Origin: Deltaproteobacteria bacterium
GTDB lineage: Bacteria; Desulfobacterota_D; UBA1144; Nemesobacterales; CSP1-2
DNA length: 64,000 nucleotides
Reading direction: 5' to 3'
Assembly (NCBI GenBank): GCA_052390235.1
Contig: JBQTHB010000002.1
Span: 384,001-448,000, forward strand
How positions within the stretch are numbered: the first letter of the stretch is position 1; the number at the start of each line of letters is the position of its first letter. Below the pieces are notes generated by a model, which had not been told where the DNA came from, ran no database searches, and saw nothing but the letters and a program-made list of their open reading frames with translations. The position numbers and the translations under genes were made by a program. Positions 50,359 through 60,343 of this stretch are shown here, in pieces.

Positions 50359-50940
50359 TTGTCAAAGAGCAGAGAAAAAATAATCGCCGCCGCCTCAGAG
50401 CTATTTCATAAACGGGGCTACCACCTGACCTCGCTCGACGAAATTCTATTGGCAAGCCAGGTGACAAAGAGCAATTTCTACTACCACTTCGCCGGCAAAG
50501 AAGAGCTTGCGCTTCTAGTTCTCGATGGCAGAATGAGGCAGTTTGAGACTGAGGTAATAGGAGAAAATTTACTGAATCCCGTCTTTTCCCCTGCCCAGAG
50601 GCTTCAGAAATTCTACGAGCGCGTAACGGCATTTCACCGAGGGCTTCGGTGCGAGGGAGGGTGTCCGTTCGGCAACATGGCGGTTGAAATGAGCGATGTC
50701 AGCGATAAATTCAGAACTCGCCTCAGCCTGTTTTTCGAGTCGTGGCAGGGGGCGATAAAATCCTGCCTCGAAGATGGAATCCATAGCGGGCAATTCCGCT
50801 CGGATTTAAGCTCCGACCTTGTCGCCGGGCTGATTCTCACCCAAATTGAGGGGGCGATTCTGATGGCTAAAACCCACAAGAGAATAGACCCGCTTCAAGA
50901 CGGAGCGCAGGCGATGCTCAAACTCTTGGCGGCGGCTTAG
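50359..50940 (+). CDS. TetR-family regulator (NemR-like)
   Basis: FYYHF..KEEL HTH; GCPFGN. Confidence 0.88.
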   Translation: MSKSREKIIAAASELFHKRGYHLTSLDEILLASQVTKSNFYYHFAGKEELALLVLDGRMRQFETEVIGENLLNPVFSPAQRLQKFYERVTAFHRGLRCEGGCPFGNMAVEMSDVSDKFRTRLSLFFESWQGAIKSCLEDGIHSGQFRSDLSSDLVAGLILTQIEGAILMAKTHKRIDPLQDGAQAMLKLLAAA

Positions 50941-50993
50941 GAAATATCGAAAATTAAAAATTATCTCATCACAAAACAAGGAGGAACAGACAC

Positions 50994-51710
50994 ATGGCTG
51001 ACTTTTTATTTAAATCCGACATATCCGAGGACATCGGCACGCTCAAAACGATAAACCCCGGACTCCACAAGGCGTGGATGGACTATCACGACAGCGTCTT
51101 TGCCGATGGCGCGCTCACGAGAAAGGAGAAAGAACTCATCGCCGTCGCCGGAGCGCACATTACGAGATGCCCCTACTGCATCAGAGGCAGGGTGAGAAGC
51201 TCCAAGCGGCTCGGCTCGACGGACGAGGAAATCGTAGAGGCGATTTACGTCGCAATGCGCTTTGCAATGGGCGCCCCCTATGCCTATTCAAGCATAGCGT
51301 TCGAGGCGCACGACGCTATTGAAAATAAAATTCCGCTCACTGAGGGGCATTTCTTTAAGAAGGACATCTCTCATGAAATTGGCCACTTCAAGGAGTCAAC
51401 AGGCGAGGCCATATCGAAGCCCTTTATGGATTTCCACAACGGCGTTTTTGCTGACGGCGCGCTCGACAAAAAAATGAAGCGCGGGCTCATCGGGCTTGCC
51501 TGCGCCCACATGACCAAATGTCCCTACTGCATCAGGGGGTGCGTGAAGGACGCCATGACGTTCGGCGTAACTGAGGCGCAGATGGCAGAAGCCATAAATG
51601 TGGCGATGGTGATGTCGGCGGGGGCTTGCTACGCGCACACGGGAATCGCTATGGATACCCTTAGCGGGATTAACGCTCAGGCTGAGGCAAAGAAGACGGC
51701 GGCTGGGTGA
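50994..51710 (+). CDS. Tandem two-domain AhpD/CMD-family protein
   Basis: Two repeats of VFADGAL...AH.T.CPYCIRG. Confidence 0.85.
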   Translation: MADFLFKSDISEDIGTLKTINPGLHKAWMDYHDSVFADGALTRKEKELIAVAGAHITRCPYCIRGRVRSSKRLGSTDEEIVEAIYVAMRFAMGAPYAYSSIAFEAHDAIENKIPLTEGHFFKKDISHEIGHFKESTGEAISKPFMDFHNGVFADGALDKKMKRGLIGLACAHMTKCPYCIRGCVKDAMTFGVTEAQMAEAINVAMVMSAGACYAHTGIAMDTLSGINAQAEAKKTAAG

Positions 51711-51859
51711 TTCCACTCGATGCAGGCTGAGAGAGAGCCGCATCTGCGCTCTCTCTCGTGTCATTTCGAGCCGGCGGCGAGCAATCTCACTCGGCCATCT
51801 CCTTACAACTCACATATAGGAGAGGCTCGCCGCCGGGGGGAGTCGCTGGCGCTATTTCT

Positions 51860-53518
51860 TCAGGGCTTTACCATCTGCCAGATGAAGGCGACGATTTTCG
51901 TCTCGCGGGAGGCGGCGAATTTTCTGTAGCGCTTGTAGTCGAGCAGTTTCCTGTCTATGAGGGCGATGTCGAGTTTCTCGTCGGGGATGGACTTAAAAGA
52001 CTCTGCGGGGCTCCCTTTCATTGCTCTTCTGCCCCTCTGCGTCCCGTTTGGAATCCATAAATTGGCGAAGCGGCTCGCCTCCTCCGCCTCGATTCCTCTT
52101 CTTCTAAGCTCTGCCGCGGGGAATATGAACTGTAAATCCGGGGCATTGTCGTCCAGTGCGCTCTCCCCCTGGACGAGGCGCAAGGCGAGCGCGGGGTTTT
52201 TCCCGATAATATCGGCGATGAAATCGGCGTCTGCGCTGGCAAAATTCAATATATTCGCCGCCCACTCCAGGGTTTCTTTGAGCGGGAATTTCGCGGCGCC
52301 TCCACTCATCAGCGCGGGCTTTAGAATATCATCAATGAGCTTCTCAATTCTGCTCTCCGGCGAGCGCGATAGGGGCGATGCGAGGGCAAGCAGGTAAACC
52401 GCTTTTTTCAGATTCTCCCTCTCGCCGTGGGGTTGCCCAGAGGCGTGAAAGAGGTAGTAAATTATCGGAAGCAGGTTGTTCGGGCTTTTGAGCAGTTTCC
52501 CGCTTTTAATACCGCATAGGTTTTGCGCTATGTCTAGGGCTTCGGCTACGGCGCGGCAGCAGCGAGAGAAATTCGCCTTGAGACTCTCTACGTTTCGGCG
52601 GCTTCTGAGGAGGTCAACATCGAATTTTCCGCCGAGGTCTGATACCGTAAGCAGGGAGCGGATAACGAAATCCGCGTCTAACCCGAAGGAGTTGCCCTGA
52701 TTAATATCCCTCACGAATTCAGGCAGGGTCTCTGTGGTTTCCTCCCAGTTGAGCTTGAGCATACTGAAAAACAGGTCTGAGCGGCTAAGGGGCGTCGCCT
52801 CGCGGTTTATCCTCATGAACGCCTCCAAAATATCGGACTCAGACTTTCTGTCGCGGCTCTCGCGGGGTTTGTACTCATCAATTGTCGTAACCTTGAGGAG
52901 GTTTCTATCGAGAAATATGGCGTCTCGGAGGGCGGAGAGATTAAAGCTCAGCCTGAGTTTGTCCTCGTCGCATAGGTTCATCTGCCTGTCCAGCTCTCTT
53001 TCGAGCCTCTGCCGCTCCCAAGCTCCCAAGGAGATTAGCTCCTGAACCCTGAGGTAGAATCGGCGCTCCCCGCTCCCAGATTCTGCGCGGGATCTCTCGT
53101 TAAGGACGAGAGCTTCTCTCTCGGTCGAGAAGCGAAATATGAATTTATCCTCCCTGAAATTTTCCTCGTCTCTGCCGCTTAGCGCATCGAAATAGAGGGC
53201 TTTGCCTTCATGCTCACCGTAGAGGGCTGTGTATAGGGCTTGGAGGCGCTGCTGACCATCTAGGACGAGCTTAAGCCTCCGGTGAGCGGGATTGTTCTGG
53301 AAAACGCGCTCGGCACCGGCGCAAAAATCCCTTGTAAAGAGCCTGTGGCGGATGTCGTTATATGTCTCCCAGAGGAAGATTATCCCTATCGGATAGCCGC
53401 GCATAATCGAGTCAAGCAGCTTCTCAATTTTCCCTTCCGACCACACGAAATCCCGCTGAATCGCTGGAAGCACGATTTCATCTCTTCTGATTTCCTCAAG
53501 CAAAACAGCTATGCTCAT
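51860..53518 (-). CDS. DUF262 (GmrSD-like) protein
   Basis: LPAIQRDFVW, DSIMRGYPIG, LVLDGQQRL, F.RIN. Confidence 0.85.
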   Translation of the reverse strand: MSIAVLLEEIRRDEIVLPAIQRDFVWSEGKIEKLLDSIMRGYPIGIIFLWETYNDIRHRLFTRDFCAGAERVFQNNPAHRRLKLVLDGQQRLQALYTALYGEHEGKALYFDALSGRDEENFREDKFIFRFSTEREALVLNERSRAESGSGERRFYLRVQELISLGAWERQRLERELDRQMNLCDEDKLRLSFNLSALRDAIFLDRNLLKVTTIDEYKPRESRDRKSESDILEAFMRINREATPLSRSDLFFSMLKLNWEETTETLPEFVRDINQGNSFGLDADFVIRSLLTVSDLGGKFDVDLLRSRRNVESLKANFSRCCRAVAEALDIAQNLCGIKSGKLLKSPNNLLPIIYYLFHASGQPHGERENLKKAVYLLALASPLSRSPESRIEKLIDDILKPALMSGGAAKFPLKETLEWAANILNFASADADFIADIIGKNPALALRLVQGESALDDNAPDLQFIFPAAELRRRGIEAEEASRFANLWIPNGTQRGRRAMKGSPAESFKSIPDEKLDIALIDRKLLDYKRYRKFAASRETKIVAFIWQMVKP

Positions 53519-53585
53519 GCTACTGGGCTCCTTTTCTAAGTGGTGAGTGATGAGTGGTTAGTTTCTAGTTTCGAGTCGCACGACG

Positions 53586-54161
53586 TCATGGTCTCAATAT
53601 CCCGATGTGCGGCAGATTTCGGTATTGCTGATTATAGTCCATTCCGTAGCCCACGACAAACTCGTCGAGAATCTCGAACCCAACGTAATCGGGGGCGATG
53701 TCCACACGCCTGCGCGCCTGTTTATCGAGGAGGACGCAGATTCGCACATCGGCGGGATTTCTCGCTCTGAGCCATTTCATCAGGTAATTGGCGGTGATTC
53801 CCGTGTCGAGAATATCCTCGACGATGACCACTCGCCGCTCACTTACGCTCTCGTCCAAGTCCTTCTGAATTTTGACTGCTCCAGTTTGTGAGCTGCCACA
53901 GTAGCTTGAAACCGAGATGAAATCGAGCGTTATGGGGATGGAAATCTCCCGAATCAGGTCTGCCAAAAATACGAACGAGCCTTTGAGCGTCCCCACAAGC
54001 ACGGGAGTCGTCCCCCGGTAGTCCTCGGTTATCCGCCGTCCCAGTTCCCGAACACGCGCCCGTATTTCGTCCTCTCCGAAGAGAATTCGGGTTATTTCTG
54101 AGTTATTTCCGGTATCCAAAGCCTGATGTCGCCCGTCATTTAGCATCGCCGCCCCTTGCAT
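53586..54161 (-). CDS. hpt: Hypoxanthine phosphoribosyltransferase
   Basis: VEDILDTG, FVVGYGMDY, YRNLP. Confidence 0.93.
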   Translation of the reverse strand: MQGAAMLNDGRHQALDTGNNSEITRILFGEDEIRARVRELGRRITEDYRGTTPVLVGTLKGSFVFLADLIREISIPITLDFISVSSYCGSSQTGAVKIQKDLDESVSERRVVIVEDILDTGITANYLMKWLRARNPADVRICVLLDKQARRRVDIAPDYVGFEILDEFVVGYGMDYNQQYRNLPHIGILRP

Positions 54162-54203
54162 CCCGCTCTTTAGGCGAGATATTATATCGGATTTAGAAAT
54201 CCC

Positions 54204-55097
54204 ATGAAAATAGAGATTCTATATATCGCCGCCGCCGCCGCGCTCTATGGCACGATAACCGTAGGCGGGCAGTTTTTCCTCGATTCCGGCTTATCGCTAT
54301 TTGAGGCGTCGTTTCTGCGGGTTTCTCTTATAGCGCTCACTGTGCTTCCAGCCGCGCTTATTCGGCGCGAGTATTTAATTCGCCGCGAGAGGGTCCCGTT
54401 TTTTGCTGTGTTTGGACTCATTGGGGCGTCGCTCGTGCTTACTCAATTCGGGGGGATTGCCCTAGGTACTCCTGTGGCAGTCGCCGCGTTTCTGCTCTAC
54501 ACTCAGCCGGTGTGGACTATCTTCTTAAGTAAATTCCTGCTCGGCGAGGCTATAACCTCAAGGAAAATTATCGCCGCGCTAGTGGCCCTTCTAGGGGTTG
54601 GCGCGCTCGTAGGCTTGGGCGGCGGGGACTGCGATTCCTGCTCGGCGGCGGGGGTGGTCTGCTCGCTTTTTGGTGGATTGTTCCTCTCTCTGTGGGTGAT
54701 TTGGGGCAGAAAGAGCGCTATTGCCGGCGAGCATCAGGTAACTGCGACCCTTGGATGGACGGCTTTTTCCGCGCTCTGGATGATGGCGCTCTTCCCCGTG
54801 CTGAGGGGCTTAATCGCGGATGAGCGGATGATTAGCCTCAGCCTTGATTTTCCGGCTGAGACGTGGGGGTATCTGCTGGTGTTTGCTCTAATTGGCGGGG
54901 TGATCGCGCATCTGCTCTTTTACCGCGGGATTCGGGGGGTCTGCGCCTCGACCGCCGGAGTGATACTCCTACTTGAGCCGGCGAGCGCGGCGGTTATTGC
55001 GGCTCTGTGGTTCAGCCAGCCCATAGGCGCGGGAGTTATCGCTGGCGGGTCGCTGATACTTATCTCCAACTACCTCGTCGTAACAGAGCGGGTTTAG
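54204..55097 (+). CDS. EamA/DMT family transporter
   Basis: Multi-TM; LLYTQP, LLGE, LLEP. Confidence 0.85.
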   Translation: MKIEILYIAAAAALYGTITVGGQFFLDSGLSLFEASFLRVSLIALTVLPAALIRREYLIRRERVPFFAVFGLIGASLVLTQFGGIALGTPVAVAAFLLYTQPVWTIFLSKFLLGEAITSRKIIAALVALLGVGALVGLGGGDCDSCSAAGVVCSLFGGLFLSLWVIWGRKSAIAGEHQVTATLGWTAFSALWMMALFPVLRGLIADERMISLSLDFPAETWGYLLVFALIGGVIAHLLFYRGIRGVCASTAGVILLLEPASAAVIAALWFSQPIGAGVIAGGSLILISNYLVVTERV

Positions 55098-55113
55098 GGC
55101 GGCGGGGGGCGGC

Positions 55114-55545
55114 TCACTCCCTCTTTAAAATAATATCGTCAACCAGCCACTTGCCGTCGAATCGCTTGAGCAGGAAAAGCTCGGTTTGCGCCAGCGCGCC
55201 ATCGGCGCTTTCGGTCTCGGATTTCACCAGTGCCTGAGCCCTGTCCCCTTGCTCTTTAATCTGGACTATCTGGTAGGACAGTAGCCTATACTTAGCCAAG
55301 CCGGCTCGCTCCTGCGTATAAGACGCCCACAGCTCTTTCGAGATGCCTTCTCTGAAATCAAGGGTGGTTAGGCGCGCGGCTCGCTTCATGTTATTTCCGT
55401 AGAATTTCATCCAATCCGATACCGTTTCGGAGGGAGAGCCTTTCTGCGGCGCAGGAGGCTCGCTCACTTCAGCAAGGGCGCATCCCCCTGCCAGCATAAA
55501 AATCACGATAAAATAAACTGCCATAGATAAAGCGAATCTCCTCAT
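55114..55545 (-). CDS. Secreted hypothetical protein, possibly NTF2-like
   Basis: GGAGG SD; signal peptide; GDRA.A.V and DGKWLV motifs. Confidence 0.65.
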   Translation of the reverse strand: MRRFALSMAVYFIVIFMLAGGCALAEVSEPPAPQKGSPSETVSDWMKFYGNNMKRAARLTTLDFREGISKELWASYTQERAGLAKYRLLSYQIVQIKEQGDRAQALVKSETESADGALAQTELFLLKRFDGKWLVDDIILKRE

Positions 55546-55583
55546 GCCGTTCCTCCCCCCCCCACTGCGCGCGCGCCCCCCTC

Positions 55584-56360
55584 TCATTGGACGGCGGATG
55601 TGTCAATCTCGCCGGCGGTCTTCTTGCCTATCTCGTCCCATTTCGCCCCGAAGGCTTCGAGTATTATTTTCGCCTCGCTGAATTTCTCATCGCTAATGAG
55701 GTGCAGAGCGTCCCAGATCTCTTTCACGGACTGCTCGTTTCTGAGCGTATAGGGGTGAATAAAAGAGCATATCTCGCCGTAATCGAGGGTTATTCTCGCG
55801 CTGGAATCGAACCCCAAGAGCCACCGGCGCATATTGAGGACTGACTCCGGCATCGCCCACAGCCTCCTGAACGAGGGGGATTTTATTTGATTTGCGTGCT
55901 TAATGAGGGCTTGCTCTACTAGCTCTTCGGCCGTTTTGAGCCTGCCCGCGCCGAGGGAAATTTTCGTGCTGTAGTATATTCCATCGGCTTGCACTGTGCC
56001 GAATCCCGTGTGGGTGTAGGTGAATCCCCTATCACCGTCCGAGAACATCAGTAGCCACTCAAGCGGGATGCCGTTGTCGTGGCTTACGATGTTTTCCCCC
56101 CCTTCGTTGAGAGGGCAGATGTAGTAATTTCCGTTCTCGTCCTTGGTGAAGAAGCAGTCGCGAATGTCTCTATTCTCCATGCCGAGGTATTTGGATATCG
56201 CCTCTTTGAATTCCTGATAGTCCCTCCCGTACCACGTTGAATGGGGGCTTGAGGGGGCATCCCAATATTGCTCAAAAAATGATACGTACTCGCGCCAATA
56301 GTCTCTTTTGTGTCTAATTTTATCAAGAGGTTCATACACGATAACGATGCTGCGTGCCAT
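55584..56360 (-). CDS. Hypothetical protein, paralog of 31200-31967
   Basis: Colinear similarity with the first copy over the whole length. Confidence 0.85.
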   Translation of the reverse strand: MARSIVIVYEPLDKIRHKRDYWREYVSFFEQYWDAPSSPHSTWYGRDYQEFKEAISKYLGMENRDIRDCFFTKDENGNYYICPLNEGGENIVSHDNGIPLEWLLMFSDGDRGFTYTHTGFGTVQADGIYYSTKISLGAGRLKTAEELVEQALIKHANQIKSPSFRRLWAMPESVLNMRRWLLGFDSSARITLDYGEICSFIHPYTLRNEQSVKEIWDALHLISDEKFSEAKIILEAFGAKWDEIGKKTAGEIDTSAVQ

Positions 56361-56483
56361 GGGTGAATCTTTTATATGAATTTGCGGCTAAAGTCAACAT
56401 TCCCCGGCGCCCAGGGTTTGTGATTCAGGCGGTATCGCCAGAGTATTGCCCTGAGTATTTCAGCGGGGCGTGGGTGATTGGGG

Positions 56484-57113
56484 TCAATCGAGTAGCTTGG
56501 TTTTCAGCACGTAATAGGTCAACTCCGCGTTGGTTTTCATCCTCATTTTATCGAGAATACGGGCGCGGTAGGTGCTGACGGTCTTGACGCTGAGAAAAAT
56601 CTTATCCGAGATTTCTTTAATGGTTTTGCCTGAAGCGATGAGGCACATTACCTGAAATTCCCTGTTCGAGAGCGTCTCATGAGGGGGTTTTTCCTCGAGT
56701 TCTAAGTCAAATGCGAGCCGCTCGGCGAGTTGCTGGCTTACGTATTTCCCCCCGGCAACCACTTTTCTTATAGCCTTTACAAGCTCTGCGGGGGCGCTCT
56801 CTTTGGTCATATAGCCTGCCGCGCCGGATTTCAGTACCCTCACGGCGTACTGCTCCTCGGAATAGACGCTCAGAATCAGCACCGGGAGTTTCGGATAGTC
56901 TCTTTTGATCTGCTTGAGTACCTCTAGCCCGCTCGCATCGGGCATGGAAATATCGAGAATGATTAAATCCCATTCCTGCTTTCTGGCAAGCTCCAGGGTT
57001 TCCCTCGCATCTCTCGCCTCGCCCACAACTTCCATATTTGGCTCTTCGCCCACGATTTGCCTCAGCCCGCTTCTGACTATCGGGTGGTCGTCTGCAATGA
57101 GAATTTTTATCAT
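56484..57113 (-). CDS. NarL/LuxR-family response regulator
   Basis: ADDH, DISMP, LSNREFQV, KTVSTY. Confidence 0.93.
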   Translation of the reverse strand: MIKILIADDHPIVRSGLRQIVGEEPNMEVVGEARDARETLELARKQEWDLIILDISMPDASGLEVLKQIKRDYPKLPVLILSVYSEEQYAVRVLKSGAAGYMTKESAPAELVKAIRKVVAGGKYVSQQLAERLAFDLELEEKPPHETLSNREFQVMCLIASGKTIKEISDKIFLSVKTVSTYRARILDKMRMKTNAELTYYVLKTKLLD

Positions 57114-57116
57114 TCC

Positions 57117-59012
57117 TCACCCTCCAAGCGGTATCCTAAGGGACACTGTCGTGCCTCGTTCGCGTCTTCCGGCGATTTTTACCTCCCCCCCAAGAACGAC
57201 GGCGCGCTCTCTCATTCCCAGAAGCCCCAGCGACTTTGTAGCGGAAATCTCCTCTTTCGTAATTCCTACGCCGTTGTCCCTTACCTCCAGCATGATGTTG
57301 CCCTCGTCCCTTTTGAGGATGGCGCTGACGCGGGTTGCGCGGGAGTGGCGGGCGATGTTGGTTAGGGTCTCTTGGAATATGCGAAATACCGCCGTGGCGC
57401 GCTCCTGGTTAAGGGCAATGTCCTCGATATTGCGCGAGAATCTGCATTTAATCCCCGTGCGCCCCTCGAAATCCTGCGCCTGCCACTCTATCGCCGCCGC
57501 GAGGCCTAAGTCGTCGAGGACGCCGGGGCGAAGCTCGGTAGCGATTCTACGCACGGTCTGGATTGTCTCGTCAACCATATCGGACATGGTCTCGATTTTC
57601 TCGATTAGGACGTGTTCTGCCGTTGGTTTTGCATTTGTTCTTGAGATTCGGCTTTTAAGCCACGATAAATCCATTTTAAGCCCCGTCAAAAGCTGACCAA
57701 GCACGTCGTGAACCTCGCGGGCGATTCCCTTTCTCTCCTCCTCCCGCACGGACTGCAAATGCCCAGCCAACGCCCGAAGTTGCTCCCTTGAGGCGCTTAA
57801 GTCCTTCTCGGCGCGCATTCGATAGGCTATTTCCCCGATGAGCCTCGCGTTAATGTCCGTGAGTTCGGCTGTGCGCTCATCCACCTTCGCTTCAAGCTCC
57901 TCTTTGGATTTCCTAAGAGCCTCTTCGGATTTCCTGAGCGCCTCGGCTTGCTTTGCGTTGTTTATCGCCATTCCGATTTGCCGCCCCATGGTTTCCATGA
58001 GTTTTAGTTCTTCTTCGTCGAAGGCGTTTTTCTGGAGCGAGTTGATGTTGATACTCCCCACAGTCTCGCCCCCTAGGAATATCGGCATTGAGGCGTAGCT
58101 CTTTGTTCCCATCTCGCGCCCCGCCCTGCCAATGACGGTATCCGAATCCGTATCGGGGCAGTAAATAGGCTTTCCCTCGATAATCGTCTTCCAAGTAAAA
58201 CCGCTTGGATAGGGGATTTGACGCACCCGCTTCGCCCACCACGCCGGATACCCGCGGTGCGCTGTGAGAGTCGCCTCCTTGGGGTCTGCATCCGCATCAA
58301 CTAAATAAATAGAGACGTTGTCAACCCCTTCGATGTTCGCGCTCATAGCATCAACGGCGTTCTCTAAAACGTCCTCAACGTTAATTGATTTGTGGATGCT
58401 CCTGATGACGATATTGACTATCGCTTCATAGCGGCTTTTTCTGGACAGATGCGCGAGCGTCTCCTTGATGCTTCTGTCCTGCTCCCTCATCTCCTCGAAC
58501 GTTCTTGCCCTTGCTATGGCAATGGAGATTTGGCTCCCAAGGGTGGAGAGGAGTTTTATCTCGCGCAGGGTGAATTTGCGCTCCTTGTAGCTTATGAACC
58601 AGATGACGCCTATTGTTTTTTCCTGCAGCGTTATGGGAACGACAAGAGCGCCGTGATGCCCGAGTTCCCTTCCCGCAGGGCCAATGTCGGGGTCTTTTTG
58701 CACGTCTTCGATGTTGAGGATTTTCCCAGCGGCAATGGCTTTCCAAGTTAGCCCTTTTCCTTCAGGAATCCTCCCGGCGCGTTCAATAAATGCGCGGGGA
58801 AAATTCCTCTCGGCTTGAAGCACCGCTTCCCGCGTCCTCTCATCTACGAGATAAATCGAGGACATATCCACATTTTCAAGCTCGGTAACGGAGTCGAGGG
58901 CGACCTTATACACTTCGTGGAGGTCAAAGGACTTATGCACGGCTTGAACGACGCTTACGAGGATTTTTAAATCCTTTCCTCCGTGCTGGCTCATTTGCCC
59001 ATAAAATTCCAC
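57117..59012 (-). CDS. Cytoplasmic GAF-GAF sensor histidine kinase (HisKA_3)
   Basis: Two similar GAF repeats; EEERK.IAREVHD; QETLTNIARHS; GLLGMRER. Confidence 0.9.
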   Translation of the reverse strand: MEFYGQMSQHGGKDLKILVSVVQAVHKSFDLHEVYKVALDSVTELENVDMSSIYLVDERTREAVLQAERNFPRAFIERAGRIPEGKGLTWKAIAAGKILNIEDVQKDPDIGPAGRELGHHGALVVPITLQEKTIGVIWFISYKERKFTLREIKLLSTLGSQISIAIARARTFEEMREQDRSIKETLAHLSRKSRYEAIVNIVIRSIHKSINVEDVLENAVDAMSANIEGVDNVSIYLVDADADPKEATLTAHRGYPAWWAKRVRQIPYPSGFTWKTIIEGKPIYCPDTDSDTVIGRAGREMGTKSYASMPIFLGGETVGSININSLQKNAFDEEELKLMETMGRQIGMAINNAKQAEALRKSEEALRKSKEELEAKVDERTAELTDINARLIGEIAYRMRAEKDLSASREQLRALAGHLQSVREEERKGIAREVHDVLGQLLTGLKMDLSWLKSRISRTNAKPTAEHVLIEKIETMSDMVDETIQTVRRIATELRPGVLDDLGLAAAIEWQAQDFEGRTGIKCRFSRNIEDIALNQERATAVFRIFQETLTNIARHSRATRVSAILKRDEGNIMLEVRDNGVGITKEEISATKSLGLLGMRERAVVLGGEVKIAGRRERGTTVSLRIPLGG

Positions 59013-59042
59013 TTTGCGGAGTCCTCCAAGAGGGTGGGGGGA

Positions 59043-59237
59043 TTAAATCTTTCGCCAAAACATCGCTATCAGGGCAACCGCCGCCCCCAAGGCGAAGAAA
59101 ATCAAATACATGATGAACGCCGAAGCCGAAAAGCTCCAGAAAAAGAAATTTACGTCAATCGTCTTTGCGTTCTGAAACAGCGCTATCGCCGTCAATACGA
59201 ATAAAATGGTCAGCGCCATGACCTTCGGGCTTTTCAT
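59043..59237 (-). CDS. LapA/DUF1049-like small membrane protein
   Basis: GGAGG SD; FQN...V.FFFW; two TM segments. Confidence 0.7.
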   Translation of the reverse strand: MKSPKVMALTILFVLTAIALFQNAKTIDVNFFFWSFSASAFIMYLIFFALGAAVALIAMFWRKI

Positions 59238-59368
59238 CGGCTCTCCTCCCCAGCGCGCAGTGTTTTTATTAGGTCCCGAAATCGAGCTCGTATCTACGTC
59301 CTGCGCGCCGCCCGCTCTCAGTATAGAACTTTTAATAGTGTCCCGCAATGTGTAGTATTGTACTCGCC

Positions 59369-60319
59369 ATGCCCCGTAGCGCCCACAATCACTCATCCCC
59401 CGAATTAGGCGGCTCTCGCGGCAGGGGCAGGCTCGTAGCCGTTCTATGTATCAGCGCCGGGTTTATGTTTGTTGAAGCCGCCGCCGGAATTTACACCGCA
59501 AGCCTCGCCCTGCTGTCCGATGCGGCGCATATGCTCGCCGATGTTTTCGCCCTCTCCGTAGCGCTTTTTGCCCTGTGGTTCAGCCGCAGACCCTCGACCC
59601 CGACAAACACCTTCGGATTCCACAGAGCCGAGGTGCTTGCCGCGTTTTTCAATGGGGTTCTTCTGCTCTTGATTTCGGCGGGGATTTGCGCCGAGGCTTA
59701 CGGCAGATTCCGAAATCCGGGGGAGATAAAGAGCCTTGAGATGACCGCAGTTGCCTCGGTTGGGCTGGTTGTAAACGTCGTCGGGGCGTATCTGCTTGCC
59801 GGGGTTCACGCTCAGAGTCTCAATATGCGCGGGGCGTTTCTCCATGTTCTGGGGGATGCTCTGGGCTCCGTCGGGGCTATAGCGGCGGGTCTTATCATCC
59901 TCAAGACCGGATGGGTCTATGCGGACTCTGTCGTGAGCGTTTTCGTTGCCCTGATAATTGCCCTAAATTCGCAGAAACTCATCCGCGAGTCGGCGCACAT
60001 TCTGCTTGAGGGAGCGCCAAAGAGGGTCAATCTCAAATCCATTGAGAGCGAGATTGCCTCTCACGAGGGGGTTTGCGGCGTGCATGACCTCCACGTATGG
60101 ACTCTCGCCGAGGGCTTTGAAGCTATGAGCGCGCATCTGGTAATTGACAACATCGCCAAGAGCGAGGGTATAGTTCACGAAATAACTCACCGCATCATAG
60201 AGAAATTTGGAATCAGCCACATTACGCTTCAGGTTGAAACCGTAAAGCGCCGCTCGCATCACGATGAGACGAAGCGCTGCGAGATGAAAGCGCCCCCCAT
60301 TTACGATGAGAGCGTATAG
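59369..60319 (+). CDS. Cation diffusion facilitator (CzcD/ZitB-like)
   Basis: SLALLSDAAHMLAD, AFLHVLGD, HDLHVW, HITLQVE. Confidence 0.92.
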   Translation: MPRSAHNHSSPELGGSRGRGRLVAVLCISAGFMFVEAAAGIYTASLALLSDAAHMLADVFALSVALFALWFSRRPSTPTNTFGFHRAEVLAAFFNGVLLLLISAGICAEAYGRFRNPGEIKSLEMTAVASVGLVVNVVGAYLLAGVHAQSLNMRGAFLHVLGDALGSVGAIAAGLIILKTGWVYADSVVSVFVALIIALNSQKLIRESAHILLEGAPKRVNLKSIESEIASHEGVCGVHDLHVWTLAEGFEAMSAHLVIDNIAKSEGIVHEITHRIIEKFGISHITLQVETVKRRSHHDETKRCEMKAPPIYDESV

Positions 60320-60343
60320 GGGATTGAGCCTGCCCCCCCGGAG

